DNA of 64,000 nt from Sedimentisphaerales bacterium (GTDB taxonomy: Bacteria > Planctomycetota > Phycisphaerae > Sedimentisphaerales > UBA12454): positions 99,854 through 163,853 of the forward strand of contig JBEKRK010000003.1 of NCBI GenBank assembly GCA_049518795.1, in the 5' to 3' direction. A program made the translations under genes and the position numbers. A model generated the notes under the pieces. The model was given only the letters and a program-made list of their open reading frames with translations, was not told the origin of the DNA and searched no databases. Numbering within the stretch: position 1 is the stretch's first letter; each line of letters begins with the position of its first letter. Below are positions 52,648 to 62,707 of the stretch, one piece after another.

Positions 52648-53958
52648 CTATACCGCTTCTTCATCAACAAGCATAAATTTGATTTCAGCTTCTGCAACCT
52701 TTGCTCCTGCAACAATCGCCTCACATTTACATACGGCGATTTTACTGCGAATCTTTACAGCCTCAGCGGTAAGAATCAACTGGTCGCCGGGCACAACAGC
52801 CTTTCTCATTTTTACATCATCCATTCCCAGCATCAAAGCGAGCTTGCCGGTATGCTCCAGCTTCTGCGCGAAAAGCAAACCGCAAACCTGCGCCATCGCT
52901 TCAAGGACAAGCACACCGGGCATAATGGGCGTTCCGGGAAAATGACCCTGGAAAAATACTTCATTGAACGTTACGTTTTTGACGCCTCTGATAAATCTGT
53001 CGCCGTCAATTTCAATGACCTTGTCCACCAGCAGAAACGGATAGCGATGAGGCAGAATCTTTTGAATCCTTCGAATATCAAGCAGGGCATCCGTGCCGAC
53101 TTTCGCTATCCTGTCGAACTGCTGGGCCTGCTCAAAGAGTTTTCTGGCAAGCTGCTGATTGAGGCTGTGGCCGCTTTTGTAAGCCACTATCCTGCCAGTA
53201 AGCCTTCTGCCGACAAGTGCGATATCGCCGATTAAATCGACAATTTTATGCCTGACACATTCATCAGGAAATCGGAAACTGTTCTTAATAGGCCCATCCG
53301 AACTGATAACCAGAATATCACGCGGACTCAAATGCGTGCCTATTCCGCGGGATTGAAACTGTTTTGCTTCAGCTTCAAGCAGAAACGTCCTTGCCGGAGC
53401 AAGATTTGCTTCAAAATATTCAGTATTCAGCGTGCAGCTAAGCATTTGCCTGCCTACGCCGGTATGCTTTGTATAATCCATATCGTAAGTAATTTCGAGA
53501 GTTTCGCCGTCGCTGGGCAGAGCATAAATTGAAGCTCCGGCCTCACTAAGACTTATCTCCTGTGAAACGGCAAATTCTTTTCTCGGCTTTGACTGCTCCG
53601 CAAAGCCGCAATCTTTTAATGCTTTGAAATATTCACCGCTGCTGCCGTCGAAGCCAGGCATTTCAGGAGCGTTTACCTCGATAAAAATATTATCAATCTC
53701 CAGTGCATTTATTGCAGCCATACAATGTTCAATCATCTCAATGGAAACCTGACCTTTCCTGATTGCAGTTCTGCGGCTGCGCTCGGCTACACTGCGAACA
53801 GTAGCTTCTATTTTGACAGGCTCATCGAGGTCTGTCCTGATAAAGACAACGCCCGTATCGACATCGGCGGGAGCAAATCTCACTTTCGCTTCCGCTCCGC
53901 TGAACATACCTCTTCCGGCAAGTTTAGCTTCTTGTGCTATTGTCTTTTGCGGCTTCAA
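52648..53958 (-). CDS. lpxC: Bifunctional UDP-3-O-acyl-GlcNAc deacetylase / 3-hydroxyacyl-ACP dehydratase (LpxC-FabZ fusion)
   Basis: The N-terminal LpxC part has [18 protein letters not shown] and HKIVDLIGD. The C-terminal FabZ part has [13 protein letters not shown] and [16 protein letters not shown]. Confidence 0.9.
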   Translation of the reverse strand: MKPQKTIAQEAKLAGRGMFSGAEAKVRFAPADVDTGVVFIRTDLDEPVKIEATVRSVAERSRRTAIRKGQVSIEMIEHCMAAINALEIDNIFIEVNAPEMPGFDGSSGEYFKALKDCGFAEQSKPRKEFAVSQEISLSEAGASIYALPSDGETLEITYDMDYTKHTGVGRQMLSCTLNTEYFEANLAPARTFLLEAEAKQFQSRGIGTHLSPRDILVISSDGPIKNSFRFPDECVRHKIVDLIGDIALVGRRLTGRIVAYKSGHSLNQQLARKLFEQAQQFDRIAKVGTDALLDIRRIQKILPHRYPFLLVDKVIEIDGDRFIRGVKNVTFNEVFFQGHFPGTPIMPGVLVLEAMAQVCGLLFAQKLEHTGKLALMLGMDDVKMRKAVVPGDQLILTAEAVKIRSKIAVCKCEAIVAGAKVAEAEIKFMLVDEEAV

Positions 53959-54985
53959 TTTGTTCGATTCTCTTTACAAGCTGTTTTAACTGTTTATTCA
54001 TTTCAGGCAGTTTCTGTTTCAAAAGCACCTGTCGGAAGAATTCCTTGACGTCTATAGCCGGCGAACCGACAACCTGTTTATTCGGCCCGATATCGTTCAT
54101 AACGCCGGCCTGGGCGCCTATCTGAGTGCCATCGCCGATTGTTGCGTGGTCCTTGATTCCAACCTGCCCGGCAAGAACAACACCGTTGCCCAGTTTGGTG
54201 CTGCCGGAAATACCTACCTGCGCGACAATCAGACAACATTTGCCGATTATGACATTGTGGGCAATCTGGACGAGATTATCTATTTTTGTTCCGGCGCCGA
54301 TTACGGTGTTTCCGAATTTCGCCCTGTCGATGCAGCTATTTGCGCCGATTTCAACGCAATCTTCAATAATCACCCCGCCCGTATGCGGTATTTGCTGATG
54401 CTGACCATCAATAAAATAATATCCGAATCCCGTTGCTCCGATTGTGGAGTTGGCGCCGATTATACAGTTATTTCCAATACTGCAATTATGATAAATCACA
54501 ACATTGTCCTCGATTCGGCAATTTGAGCCGATTATTGAATTTTCGCCGATTTTGCAGCCTGCTCCAATAACTGTCCCTGCACTGATTTTCGCTCCTTTTC
54601 TGATACAAACAAGAGGGCCTATCGAAGCAGTTTTGTCTATCGAAGCGCCTTCGTCCACGACTGCGCTTTTATGCACACCTGCTGATGGCTTATCAAGCTG
54701 CGGCATAAATTCCCGAAGCACCTTAATCAATGCCCGTTCTACATTATCAACTACAAGCAGCGGAACTTTTGAATCAGCTTTTTTACCAACGATTACGGCA
54801 GCAGCTTTACAATCGCCCATTTTTTCGAGAAGTTTTTCCTCTGCGGCAAAGGTAACGCTGTCGGGTCCGGCGGAATCAAAAGGCGCAACCCGGCAAACCT
54901 TTACATCTCCGCTGCCGATAAGCCGGGCGTTTGCTATTTTTGCAAGTTGAGCGACAGTGAATTCTTTTTGTATTTTTTCAATCAT
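53924..54985 (-). CDS. lpxD: UDP-3-O-acylglucosamine N-acyltransferase
   Basis: It has [19 protein letters not shown] and then a long hexapeptide-repeat domain. I moved the start to the ATG at 54985; the ORF track extends to 55054. Confidence 0.9.
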   Translation of the reverse strand: MIEKIQKEFTVAQLAKIANARLIGSGDVKVCRVAPFDSAGPDSVTFAAEEKLLEKMGDCKAAAVIVGKKADSKVPLLVVDNVERALIKVLREFMPQLDKPSAGVHKSAVVDEGASIDKTASIGPLVCIRKGAKISAGTVIGAGCKIGENSIIGSNCRIEDNVVIYHNCSIGNNCIIGANSTIGATGFGYYFIDGQHQQIPHTGGVIIEDCVEIGANSCIDRAKFGNTVIGAGTKIDNLVQIAHNVIIGKCCLIVAQVGISGSTKLGNGVVLAGQVGIKDHATIGDGTQIGAQAGVMNDIGPNKQVVGSPAIDVKEFFRQVLLKQKLPEMNKQLKQLVKRIEQIEAAKDNSTRS

Positions 54986-55004
54986 CTTCTTAGACAACTC
55001 ATTG

Positions 55005-55628
55005 CTAATTGCTTGGTTTATTGACCTCGCTAACCACGCTTGCTGTAATATCAAAACCTGGATTATAATAAAGTAATTTATGCGTTTTAGTTGTCAAAAT
55101 GAAATCTTCAGGGCTCTGAGCGCTAACCGATGAATCGGGTGCATTAAGATAATTATCGTCCCTATTCAGAATTAAATCGAGTCCTTTTTCTTTCGCTACT
55201 GACGCGATAACTTCGAGAATTTTCCTGTAGATTTTCTCTTTTTCCTGCATTTCCTTTACAGATAATTGGCGCTGATAAAATTCCTTTTGCGTATCAAGCT
55301 GCGATTGCTTCAGCATCAAAGCCTGCAGCATTTCCATATAATCCTGACTGTATTCCTTTCGTTTGCTTAAAGCCGCCTTATCGGCATCTATGGTCTCTTC
55401 AAGTTTTTTCAGCTCGGCAAATCTCTTTTCTCCCTCGGCAGCCAGTGTTTTTTCAACATCAGCCTTCATCGGGCAATTCTCAAAGACTTCCTTGACGCTT
55501 ACAATGCCGATTTTTGGAGACGATGATGCTTTTTCCTTTGCCGCCTGGGAATATTCAAACGCGATAAATAACAAACCAATCACAGCTACAATTGTTACAG
55601 CGATAAAACTTTTTGTCTTCATAATCAT
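55005..55628 (-). CDS. skp: OmpH/Skp-family periplasmic chaperone
   Basis: It has a signal/anchor sequence and a K/E-rich coiled coil. It occupies the canonical position between bamA and lpxD. Confidence 0.7.
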   Translation of the reverse strand: MIMKTKSFIAVTIVAVIGLLFIAFEYSQAAKEKASSSPKIGIVSVKEVFENCPMKADVEKTLAAEGEKRFAELKKLEETIDADKAALSKRKEYSQDYMEMLQALMLKQSQLDTQKEFYQRQLSVKEMQEKEKIYRKILEVIASVAKEKGLDLILNRDDNYLNAPDSSVSAQSPEDFILTTKTHKLLYYNPGFDITASVVSEVNKPSN

Positions 55629-55641
55629 CCTTTCCTATCAA

Positions 55642-58098
55642 CTAAAATAGTGCGCCGACAGAGAAACTGAAAATCTGTGTCTCGTCTTCGCTACTTTTAA
55701 AGAACGGAGCCGCCAGCTCAAACCTCATAGGCACCGGCCCAAACCACTGAGGTATCATAATCTGAATACCTATGCCTGCTGAAGCCCTGATGCCGCCGCT
55801 CTCAATCATACCGGTATCAACAAAGAAAAGGGCGGAAAGCGCCTCGCTCGTCAGCGGCACGGAAACCTCTCCGCTGGCGGTTGCTAACCACCTGCTTCCA
55901 ATTGGGTCACGGTCGCCGCCGCCGCGAGGACTTATGCCGCGATACTTGAAACCCCTGATGCTTCCTATGCCGCCGGCATAAAACTTTTCAAACACAGGGG
56001 CATCGCCCACAGTGCTCCCCGCAAATAATTTCGTCTCCAGCACGGTTTTTCTTCTTGCGATGTCTTCATGCAGCGTTTTATACCATCGGAATGTTCCGTC
56101 AACAATACCGAAATTATGGCTGCCGGTCACCTGTTCATAGTTCAATTCGTAATTTACGCCTTTTGTAGGTGAAAAGCGGCTGTCTGTCGTATCTCTGCCG
56201 AAACCAAGTTTAACGCCGGCCAGAAGGTTATTTCCCTTCACATCTTTAACTTCTTTCGGTGCATCATCCTTAACACTCTTTACAGCCACATTCTCGAACC
56301 GCAAGGCCAGGGTTCTATACCATCCGTTTTTCAATCTATGAATAAAACCCAGGGATGCTTTTTCTCTCTGCTCATCATAACTTTCCCGTTGCCGCTCCCA
56401 GACTGAGCCTGCAAGAGTCATAGATATGGGTTTATCTTTCAGATAAGGTTCTGTCCAGCTGATTGAAAATCTGCTCACTTGTGTGCCGGGTTCAAGCTCG
56501 ATTCTTAATCGCTGCCCGGCGCCTTTGAAGGCATCCTCCGAGAAGAATTTTCGCCAGTCTTTCGGCCATTTTTTAATATCAAAATTCCTCTGCTCATATA
56601 TAATCTGGCCTATTAAGCCATCGTTGCTGCTTACGCCGGCGCCAAACATAATCGAACCAGTTTTGCCTTCCTTAATTCTAACTTCAGCGTCTCTTTTATT
56701 TGGTTCGTTCACATCCACCGGCGTAATAGTAGCGCTTTCTGTATAAACATTGGTTTTTATATCTTTTTCAAGCTGTCCTTCGCCGGTTCCCCTCGCAATA
56801 TCGGCGTTATACCACTCGCCGGGCTTGAATTCCTTTTCGTCAAGCACGCGCCGGACAACCTTGTCCTGCACAGTTTTATTGCCGGAGATGTTGACTTTTC
56901 CTATGCTGAACCGGCCGTCTTCCTTTATATCGAAATGAGCTATTATTTTATTATTTGGCGTAAAATGCCTGACCGACTCGACATCAACATTTATAAATCC
57001 CGCCTCTTTATAAATTCTGATTATTTCGTCCCTGTCGAATTCAGCTTTTTCATTGCTGTAAAATTTGCCTACTTTTAGCCTGAATGTTCCGGTGAGATTG
57101 GCATCGCCGAAAAATTCATTTCCCGCAAGCTCTATTTTTTCAACATCATACTGCTTGCCTTCCTCTATGGCATAAACGATTTCAACGCCTTTATTGTTAT
57201 TTATATAATTTGTTTTAGCGGCGATTTTAGTATCAAGAAACCCTCGCCTGTCGTAAGCCTTTTGCAGAGCAACTATGTCGTCATCGAGGACATCCTGTTT
57301 GAAATAATTCTGAAAGACGCCGAGATTTCTCGGTTTGCTTTTGATTACATTTTTAAGCTCTCTGCTTTTAATAGCGGTATTTCCCTTGAACCCGACCTTT
57401 TTAATTTTAACTCTCTGCCCGCTACTGACCGTATAATGAAGCTGGCCTTTTTCAATGCCGGAATCGTCAAAATCGACTTTCACTAATGGGTATCCGCTTT
57501 TGTGGTAAAACTCAGTTAATTTTTCAGCGCCGGCTTTGGCCGTAAATTTATCGAGATAATCGCCTCTGCTGAAGCCTAACTGGTCGATAAGTTTTTTGTC
57601 GTCGTATTTTTTGTCGCCGCTGAAGGTTATCTGCCGAATAACGGTTTTTTCCTTTACCACAAAAATAAGCTTAACTTTTTCGCCGACCGGCTCAACGCTG
57701 TAATAAGCGAATTCAACACCTCTTAGTTCTGCAATTCTTTTTGCATCTTCCTCGGCCTCGGAGACGCTGAACAATTGTCCAGCCCTGCTCCGGGCCGTAG
57801 AAAAGATTTTTTCATTGCTGATATAGACATTGCCTCTCGTCTCTACACTATCAATTGTTTTTTCCTTTTCTGTTTCGTCAACTGCTGCGTTAACATTTGT
57901 TACGTTAACATCTGTTACATTAACGTCCGCTGCATTAACATCTGTTACGTTAGCATCTGATATATTAACGTCTATTGTATTGGTGTCCGTCATATTGATA
58001 TCACCTGTCTGTGCAAAACAGCAAAATACAAAAATCAGCAAATAAGAGAAAAATGAAATTTGCGGCCACTTCCAGTGCTTAAAACAACTAATCCGCAT
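55642..58098 (-). CDS. bamA: Outer membrane protein assembly factor BamA
   Basis: POTRA repeats are followed by a C-terminal beta-barrel ending in FSFSVGALF (terminal aromatic residue). The N-terminal region contains a pentapeptide tandem array. Confidence 0.9.
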   Translation of the reverse strand: MRISCFKHWKWPQISFFSYLLIFVFCCFAQTGDINMTDTNTIDVNISDANVTDVNAADVNVTDVNVTNVNAAVDETEKEKTIDSVETRGNVYISNEKIFSTARSRAGQLFSVSEAEEDAKRIAELRGVEFAYYSVEPVGEKVKLIFVVKEKTVIRQITFSGDKKYDDKKLIDQLGFSRGDYLDKFTAKAGAEKLTEFYHKSGYPLVKVDFDDSGIEKGQLHYTVSSGQRVKIKKVGFKGNTAIKSRELKNVIKSKPRNLGVFQNYFKQDVLDDDIVALQKAYDRRGFLDTKIAAKTNYINNNKGVEIVYAIEEGKQYDVEKIELAGNEFFGDANLTGTFRLKVGKFYSNEKAEFDRDEIIRIYKEAGFINVDVESVRHFTPNNKIIAHFDIKEDGRFSIGKVNISGNKTVQDKVVRRVLDEKEFKPGEWYNADIARGTGEGQLEKDIKTNVYTESATITPVDVNEPNKRDAEVRIKEGKTGSIMFGAGVSSNDGLIGQIIYEQRNFDIKKWPKDWRKFFSEDAFKGAGQRLRIELEPGTQVSRFSISWTEPYLKDKPISMTLAGSVWERQRESYDEQREKASLGFIHRLKNGWYRTLALRFENVAVKSVKDDAPKEVKDVKGNNLLAGVKLGFGRDTTDSRFSPTKGVNYELNYEQVTGSHNFGIVDGTFRWYKTLHEDIARRKTVLETKLFAGSTVGDAPVFEKFYAGGIGSIRGFKYRGISPRGGGDRDPIGSRWLATASGEVSVPLTSEALSALFFVDTGMIESGGIRASAGIGIQIMIPQWFGPVPMRFELAAPFFKSSEDETQIFSFSVGALF
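57889..58008 (-). repeat. Eight tandem 15-nt units inside bamA (pentapeptide repeats x-x-D-x-N)
   Basis: The units are gttaacatttgttac / gttaacatctgttac / attaacgtccgctgc / attaacatctgttac / gttagcatctgatat / attaacgtctattgt / attggtgtccgtcat / attgatatcacctgt. The encoded peptide is TDTNTIDVNISDANVTDVNAADVNVTDVNVTNVNA. Confidence 0.85.
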
Positions 58099-58149
58099 AA
58101 AATCCCTTTCCCAAAAAAATCCTTTTACATTCCCTGCAACCTGGCCGTC

Positions 58150-59550
58150 TTAGAATGGTTCCTGCGCTCTGGATAGCGTATTAAACCGTGTAAACTGACT
58201 GTTAAAGTTCAGTTTTACGGTTCCTGTCGGGCCATTTCGCTGCTTTGCGATAATTATTTCCGCAACATTATCTTCTTTGTTCTGGCCGCTTTCATCTTCA
58301 TGCCGGTAATAATCCTCACGATGAAGCAGCATTACAACATCGGCATCCTGTTCGATACTGCCGCTTTCGCGCAGGTCGCTCATTCTTGGCCGATGGTCTT
58401 CTCTTCCTTCAGGAGCGCGATTAAGCTGGCTCAAAACGACAACAGGAACTTCAAGCTCCCTTGCAAGAGCCTTTAAATACCTGCTCATTTCGCTTACTTC
58501 CTGCTGGCGGGACTCAACCCTTGTGCCAAGACTCATAAGCTGCAAATAATCTATAACGATACATCTAATGCCGGGATGAGCCCGCAGTCTTCTTGCCTTG
58601 CCGCGAAGCTCCAGCGGAGTAATCCCCGGCGTATCATCTATAAATATAGGTTTATTATTCATATCGTCTGCTGCGTCTTTAAGCGCCTGGAACTGCTCAT
58701 CGCTTAAAAAGCCTTTCCTGACGACCTGCGAATCCACCGTCGCCCTGCTGCACAGCATACGTTCAACAAGCTGCTGCTTGCTCATTTCAAGAGAAAATAT
58801 CGCGACCGGCATATCATTATCGGCGCCGATATGTTCGACGATATTCATAGCGAAACTTGTTTTGCCCATACTCGGTCTGCCTGCGATAATAATCATTTCG
58901 CCGTTTTGCAGGCCGCAAGTGTACTCATCAAGCTCTGCAAAACCTGTGGCAAGCCCCGTAACGTGATGCCCCTCTCGTTTTTCTATGCTTTCAAACGCCT
59001 GCACAAGAAGGTCTTTGATAATGACCGCTGTGCCGGTGATTTTTTTCTGTGTTACGCCGAATATTTTCTGTTCAGCCCTGTCGAGTTTGTCGCCAACGTC
59101 TCCGCCTGTGTCAAATGCATCGGTCATAACCTCGCCTGCAGCGGCGATAAGCTCTCTGAGCATCTGTTTTTCTTTTACAATCTGGACATAATGCTCAAAA
59201 TTTGCGCTTGACGGCACAGATTCAGCAATTTTTGCAAGATATTCCGGCCCGCCGACCTCTTCGAGCTGATTACGCTTTTTCAGCTCATCGCGAAGAAGCA
59301 CGATGTCGAAATTGCTGCCGTTTTTCTCCCATAAGGCGATAATCGCGTCAAACATCATCTGATGTTCGAGCCGATAAAACGCCTCCGTCCTGATTTTTTG
59401 AACAACGTCTCCTATACATTCAGGGTCAAGCATCATCGACCCGAGAACTGCCGCTTCGGCTTCGAGCGATTCAGGCATTGTTCTGCCCACAAGGTCGGCC
59501 TTATTGTTCTTTGGTTGTCTGTCCTTCTGAGCCATCGGCTGTTTGTGCAC
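58150..59550 (-). CDS. dnaB: Replicative DNA helicase
   Basis: It has SLEAEAAVLGSMM, GRPSMGKTSFAMN and the SGSIEQDADVVM pattern. The start is uncertain (59550, 59535 or 59478) because of an apparent overlap with rplI. Confidence 0.95.
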   Translation of the reverse strand: MHKQPMAQKDRQPKNNKADLVGRTMPESLEAEAAVLGSMMLDPECIGDVVQKIRTEAFYRLEHQMMFDAIIALWEKNGSNFDIVLLRDELKKRNQLEEVGGPEYLAKIAESVPSSANFEHYVQIVKEKQMLRELIAAAGEVMTDAFDTGGDVGDKLDRAEQKIFGVTQKKITGTAVIIKDLLVQAFESIEKREGHHVTGLATGFAELDEYTCGLQNGEMIIIAGRPSMGKTSFAMNIVEHIGADNDMPVAIFSLEMSKQQLVERMLCSRATVDSQVVRKGFLSDEQFQALKDAADDMNNKPIFIDDTPGITPLELRGKARRLRAHPGIRCIVIDYLQLMSLGTRVESRQQEVSEMSRYLKALARELEVPVVVLSQLNRAPEGREDHRPRMSDLRESGSIEQDADVVMLLHREDYYRHEDESGQNKEDNVAEIIIAKQRNGPTGTVKLNFNSQFTRFNTLSRAQEPF

Positions 59551-59998
59551 CTTGTCCTTCCGGTACTATCGTAACTTTTATTTTAGCAGTTACATTAGCC
59601 GTAAATTTCAATTTAACAGAGAATTGACCAACTTCCTTAATATGCTCATCAATCTGCACAACCTTATCGACTATTTCAAATCCCTGCTGTCGCAGGTTTT
59701 CAGCAATCTGGTTTTCCGTAATAGAGCCGAACAAATGTCCCTGCTCATTGGCTTTTGCCGCAAGGACAACTTCGGCGCCCTCGACTGCCTGTGCGGCCTT
59801 TTGCATTCTTTCTTCGTCAAGATTTCTCTGCACAGTCCTTTTGGCCTTTTCCTCGGCCATAGCCTTCATTTTATGCTCTGTCGGAACTGTCGCCAGTCTT
59901 TGCGGCAGCAGGAAATTTCTCGCGTAGCTTTCGTTAACTTCAACTACATCGCCATACCAGCCGAGCTTTTCAACGTCTTCACACAGTAAAACCTTCAT
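59501..59998 (-). CDS. rplI: 50S ribosomal protein L9
   Basis: It starts MKVLLCEDVEKLGWYGDVVEVNESYARNFLLPQRLA. I moved the start to the ATG at 59998. Confidence 0.9.
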   Translation of the reverse strand: MKVLLCEDVEKLGWYGDVVEVNESYARNFLLPQRLATVPTEHKMKAMAEEKAKRTVQRNLDEERMQKAAQAVEGAEVVLAAKANEQGHLFGSITENQIAENLRQQGFEIVDKVVQIDEHIKEVGQFSVKLKFTANVTAKIKVTIVPEGQGAQTADGSEGQTTKEQ

Positions 59999-60074
59999 AT
60001 CCAGTGTCTCCAATAAAATCAGCTATAGCGAACAGTTACAGTCTATAAACTGTTCACTATAAACTTTTAATTCA

Positions 60075-60347
60075 TTAACTTGTAAACGGCAGCAGCGCCA
60101 TAAAACGTGCCCGCTTTATCGCCAGTTTGACCTTTCGCTGGCAGCTTGCGCAGTTTCCGCTGCGTCTGCGGGAGAAAATCTTGCCGCGGTGAGTGAGCAG
60201 CTTGCTCAACACATCCAGGTCCTTATAGTCGATGTATTTCACTTTCGACCTGCAAAATCTGCATTGATTCTGCTCTTTGACATTATCTCTGCGTTTTCTT
60301 TTTTTTGTTTGGTCTGTCTTTTTTCTTTTAAAACCTTGAGCTCTCAC
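60075..60347 (-). CDS. rpsR: 30S ribosomal protein S18 (four-Cys form)
   Basis: It has CRFCRSKVKYIDYKDLDVLSKLLTHRGKI...CASCQRKVKLAIKRARFMALLPF. Confidence 0.9.
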   Translation of the reverse strand: MRAQGFKRKKTDQTKKRKRRDNVKEQNQCRFCRSKVKYIDYKDLDVLSKLLTHRGKIFSRRRSGNCASCQRKVKLAIKRARFMALLPFTS

Positions 60348-60388
60348 TTAAATTTACTCCTAAATATATCTTTATCTATATTTATATA

Positions 60389-60832
60389 CTAAAACGGAAT
60401 ATCGTCTTTGCTGTTATTTTGGACATCGTTCGCCGTTCCTGCGTCTTCGGCAGGCATTTGAGAACCATCATCAGCAGGGGCGCTTTGCTCGGCAGTTCTG
60501 CCGCCGGCAGGCAGGAATTGGAAAGATTCAACTGTAACTCTATGCTTACTTCGTTTCTGTCCGTCTTGTCCTGTCCATTGGTCTAAAGTCAATCTGCCTT
60601 CAATCATCAGCGGCCTTCCTTTTTTACAGTATTTATTTATTGTTTCAGCAGGCTTGCCGAACGCCCTGCAGTCAACAAAGCAGACTTCATCTCGCTGCTG
60701 ACCGTCTTGGCCTGTCCATCGGCGATTTACCGCGATTCCGAAATCCACCACGGCCGTCTGGCTTGGCAAATAAGACAACTGCGGGTCCCTGGTAAGATTG
60801 CCCATCAAAATAACCTTATTAAAATTCGCCAT
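60389..60832 (-). CDS. ssb: Single-stranded DNA-binding protein
   Basis: It has MANFNKVILMGNLTRDPQL and the acidic tail DDIPF. Confidence 0.95.
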   Translation of the reverse strand: MANFNKVILMGNLTRDPQLSYLPSQTAVVDFGIAVNRRWTGQDGQQRDEVCFVDCRAFGKPAETINKYCKKGRPLMIEGRLTLDQWTGQDGQKRSKHRVTVESFQFLPAGGRTAEQSAPADDGSQMPAEDAGTANDVQNNSKDDIPF

Positions 60833-60853
60833 ATTCGTTCCTTCCCTCTTAAC

Positions 60854-61339
60854 TTAAACCGTCTTTTCCGGCTCATCAACGTCTTCATCTTCAACTTCTA
60901 CTTCTTCCAGACTGCTTATGGGCGGCACTTCCTCCAGACTGCTTATGGGAGGCACTTCTACGACAACTTCTGCCGGCTTATGAACAGGTCGAGAGGCCAT
61001 CATAGCAGGAGTTTCCTTTTCCATATCTTCCTTTGTTACGTGGTCGGCACGAAGAATAATTTCTCTGAGAATCCTTTCTGAAAGCTGCGAATCCCTTTCG
61101 ATTGAGGAAATCTTGTCCGTCTGACTATTAAAGTAAATAAGAATATATGTGCCTCTGTTTTTACCCCTTATCATATAAGCCAAAGGCCGCTCATCCCATT
61201 TGCGCATACTGACTATTTCAGCGCCGTTGCGCTCAAAGATTTTCTTTATATGGTCATTTATGCCGTTCCAGTCGGCGGCAGCCTCTGCCGAATCTATAAG
61301 AAATAGCGCCTCATACAATCTTTTCGTTACTGTTTCCAA
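60854..61339 (-). CDS. rpsF: 30S ribosomal protein S6 (with extended acidic, internally duplicated C-terminus)
   Basis: It has YEALFLIDS and the RKWDERPLAY pattern. It sits in the canonical rpsF-ssb-rpsR-rplI order. Confidence 0.9.
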   Translation of the reverse strand: METVTKRLYEALFLIDSAEAAADWNGINDHIKKIFERNGAEIVSMRKWDERPLAYMIRGKNRGTYILIYFNSQTDKISSIERDSQLSERILREIILRADHVTKEDMEKETPAMMASRPVHKPAEVVVEVPPISSLEEVPPISSLEEVEVEDEDVDEPEKTV

Positions 61340-61378
61340 ATCTACATCTCCTTAATAAAATTCTTATTAAGCAATTTT

Positions 61379-61981
61379 TTATTTTTCTGATTCTTCATTT
61401 TTATCAGCCGGCAATTTGCGGTTAAATCTGCTCATCGCCGATTCAATTCCTTCACTTATCCAGACCATCACAGCTTCCGTTGCTTCAGCTATAGCCTTAT
61501 CTATTAACTTTCTTTCCGTCTCGTCAGGTCTTGAAAGCACATAGTCCCTGCCCGTCATTTCGTTTCTGATGCCTATGCCGACTCTAAGCCTGTTAAACTG
61601 GTCTGTGCCGAGTTTTTCGATAATATCGGCAAGTCCGTTATGCCCGCCGGCGGAGCCTGATGCCCTTAGCCGAATCATTCCCGGCTCAAGAGCCATATCA
61701 TCCGCTATAACCAGTATCTTGCCCGCGGCTATCTTGTAAAAATTCGCAGCAGTTGCAACGACCTGGCCGCTATTATTCATAAATAAAAGCGGCTTTAACA
61801 ATATTAACTTTTTATCTTCAAATTCCGCCTGGCCGAAAGCCGCTGAAAATTTTTCCTTGTTCAGCTTTATCTTCAGCCGTTTGGCCAGCAGGTCTATTGC
61901 TTCAAATCCGACATTATGCCGGGTTCCCTCGTATTCCAATCCTATATTGCCAAGACCTGCTATTAATCTTTCGTCCATCAA
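61379..61981 (-). CDS. pth: Peptidyl-tRNA hydrolase
   Basis: It has LIAGLGNIGLEYEGTRHNVGF and GSAGGHNGL. Confidence 0.95.
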   Translation of the reverse strand: MMDERLIAGLGNIGLEYEGTRHNVGFEAIDLLAKRLKIKLNKEKFSAAFGQAEFEDKKLILLKPLLFMNNSGQVVATAANFYKIAAGKILVIADDMALEPGMIRLRASGSAGGHNGLADIIEKLGTDQFNRLRVGIGIRNEMTGRDYVLSRPDETERKLIDKAIAEATEAVMVWISEGIESAMSRFNRKLPADKNEESEK

Positions 61982-62010
61982 AAAATTTCCGGAATACCGA
62001 CAGCCAAAAT

Positions 62011-62682
62011 TTACTTCTTTTCTTTTTCTTCTTCTGTTGCTTCTTCCTCACCTTCCTTAGGTTTCCGTTCTGTAATAACTTCAGGAGCGGCTGGCTCTTC
62101 AACACCGGGAACCGCTGCTTCTTCAACAGGTGCAACAGGCAGATGGCAGGCAATAAGAAGCGCATCCGGGACGGTTATAAGTTTAACTCCCGCAGGCAGG
62201 GCAACATCGCGGGCGTGAAGCGTATCGCCGACTTTAAGACCCTTAACTGAAACATCGATTGATTCCGGAATATCCGTAACCGCGCACTCAACTTCAATAT
62301 GGTCAAGATGCTCTTCCAATAGTCCGCCTTCCGTTGCTCCAACGGGTGTTCCTTTAAAGGCAAGCCGGACCTGAACCTTGACTTTCTCGCTGAGGTCAAC
62401 CCTGATTAAATCCGCATGAATTATCTTTTTGCCCAGATAATCATACTGGACATCCTTGACTAAAAGTTTTTCTCTTTTTCCATCCAGCTCAACGTCAAAA
62501 AGCCTGTGGCCGTGATGAATCCCTTCCGTAAAATCGTGTTCACCAAGCACAATAGGCTGTGGTTTTTGGCCGTGTCCGTAAATAATAGCAGGAATATTTC
62601 CTGTCAGCCGCAGTTTCGCTGCTCGTTTTGAACCAAGCTCTTTTCTCGCCTGGGCCTTGAGAACAAATTCTTTCGATGCCAT
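62011..62682 (-). CDS. rplY: 50S ribosomal protein L25 (Ctc form)
   Basis: It has RLTGNIPAIIYGHGQKPQPI and a long C-terminal domain with a charged tail. Confidence 0.9.
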   Translation of the reverse strand: MASKEFVLKAQARKELGSKRAAKLRLTGNIPAIIYGHGQKPQPIVLGEHDFTEGIHHGHRLFDVELDGKREKLLVKDVQYDYLGKKIIHADLIRVDLSEKVKVQVRLAFKGTPVGATEGGLLEEHLDHIEVECAVTDIPESIDVSVKGLKVGDTLHARDVALPAGVKLITVPDALLIACHLPVAPVEEAAVPGVEEPAAPEVITERKPKEGEEEATEEEKEKK

Positions 62683-62707
62683 ACTTTACCTCATTTAAAG
62701 ATATATT

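Noticed and set aside
54986-55054. The upstream extensions of lpxD (to 55054), sirC-like (to 5341) and rplI (to 60013) given by the ORF track.
   Set aside because: The extensions overlap the preceding genes or add non-conserved residues. The internal ATGs reproduce the family-typical N-termini.
59501-59550. The 50-nt overlap between rplI and dnaB as a possible programmed feature.
   Set aside because: It is most simply explained by a later dnaB start (ATG 59535 or 59478). There is no slippery sequence or other recoding signal.
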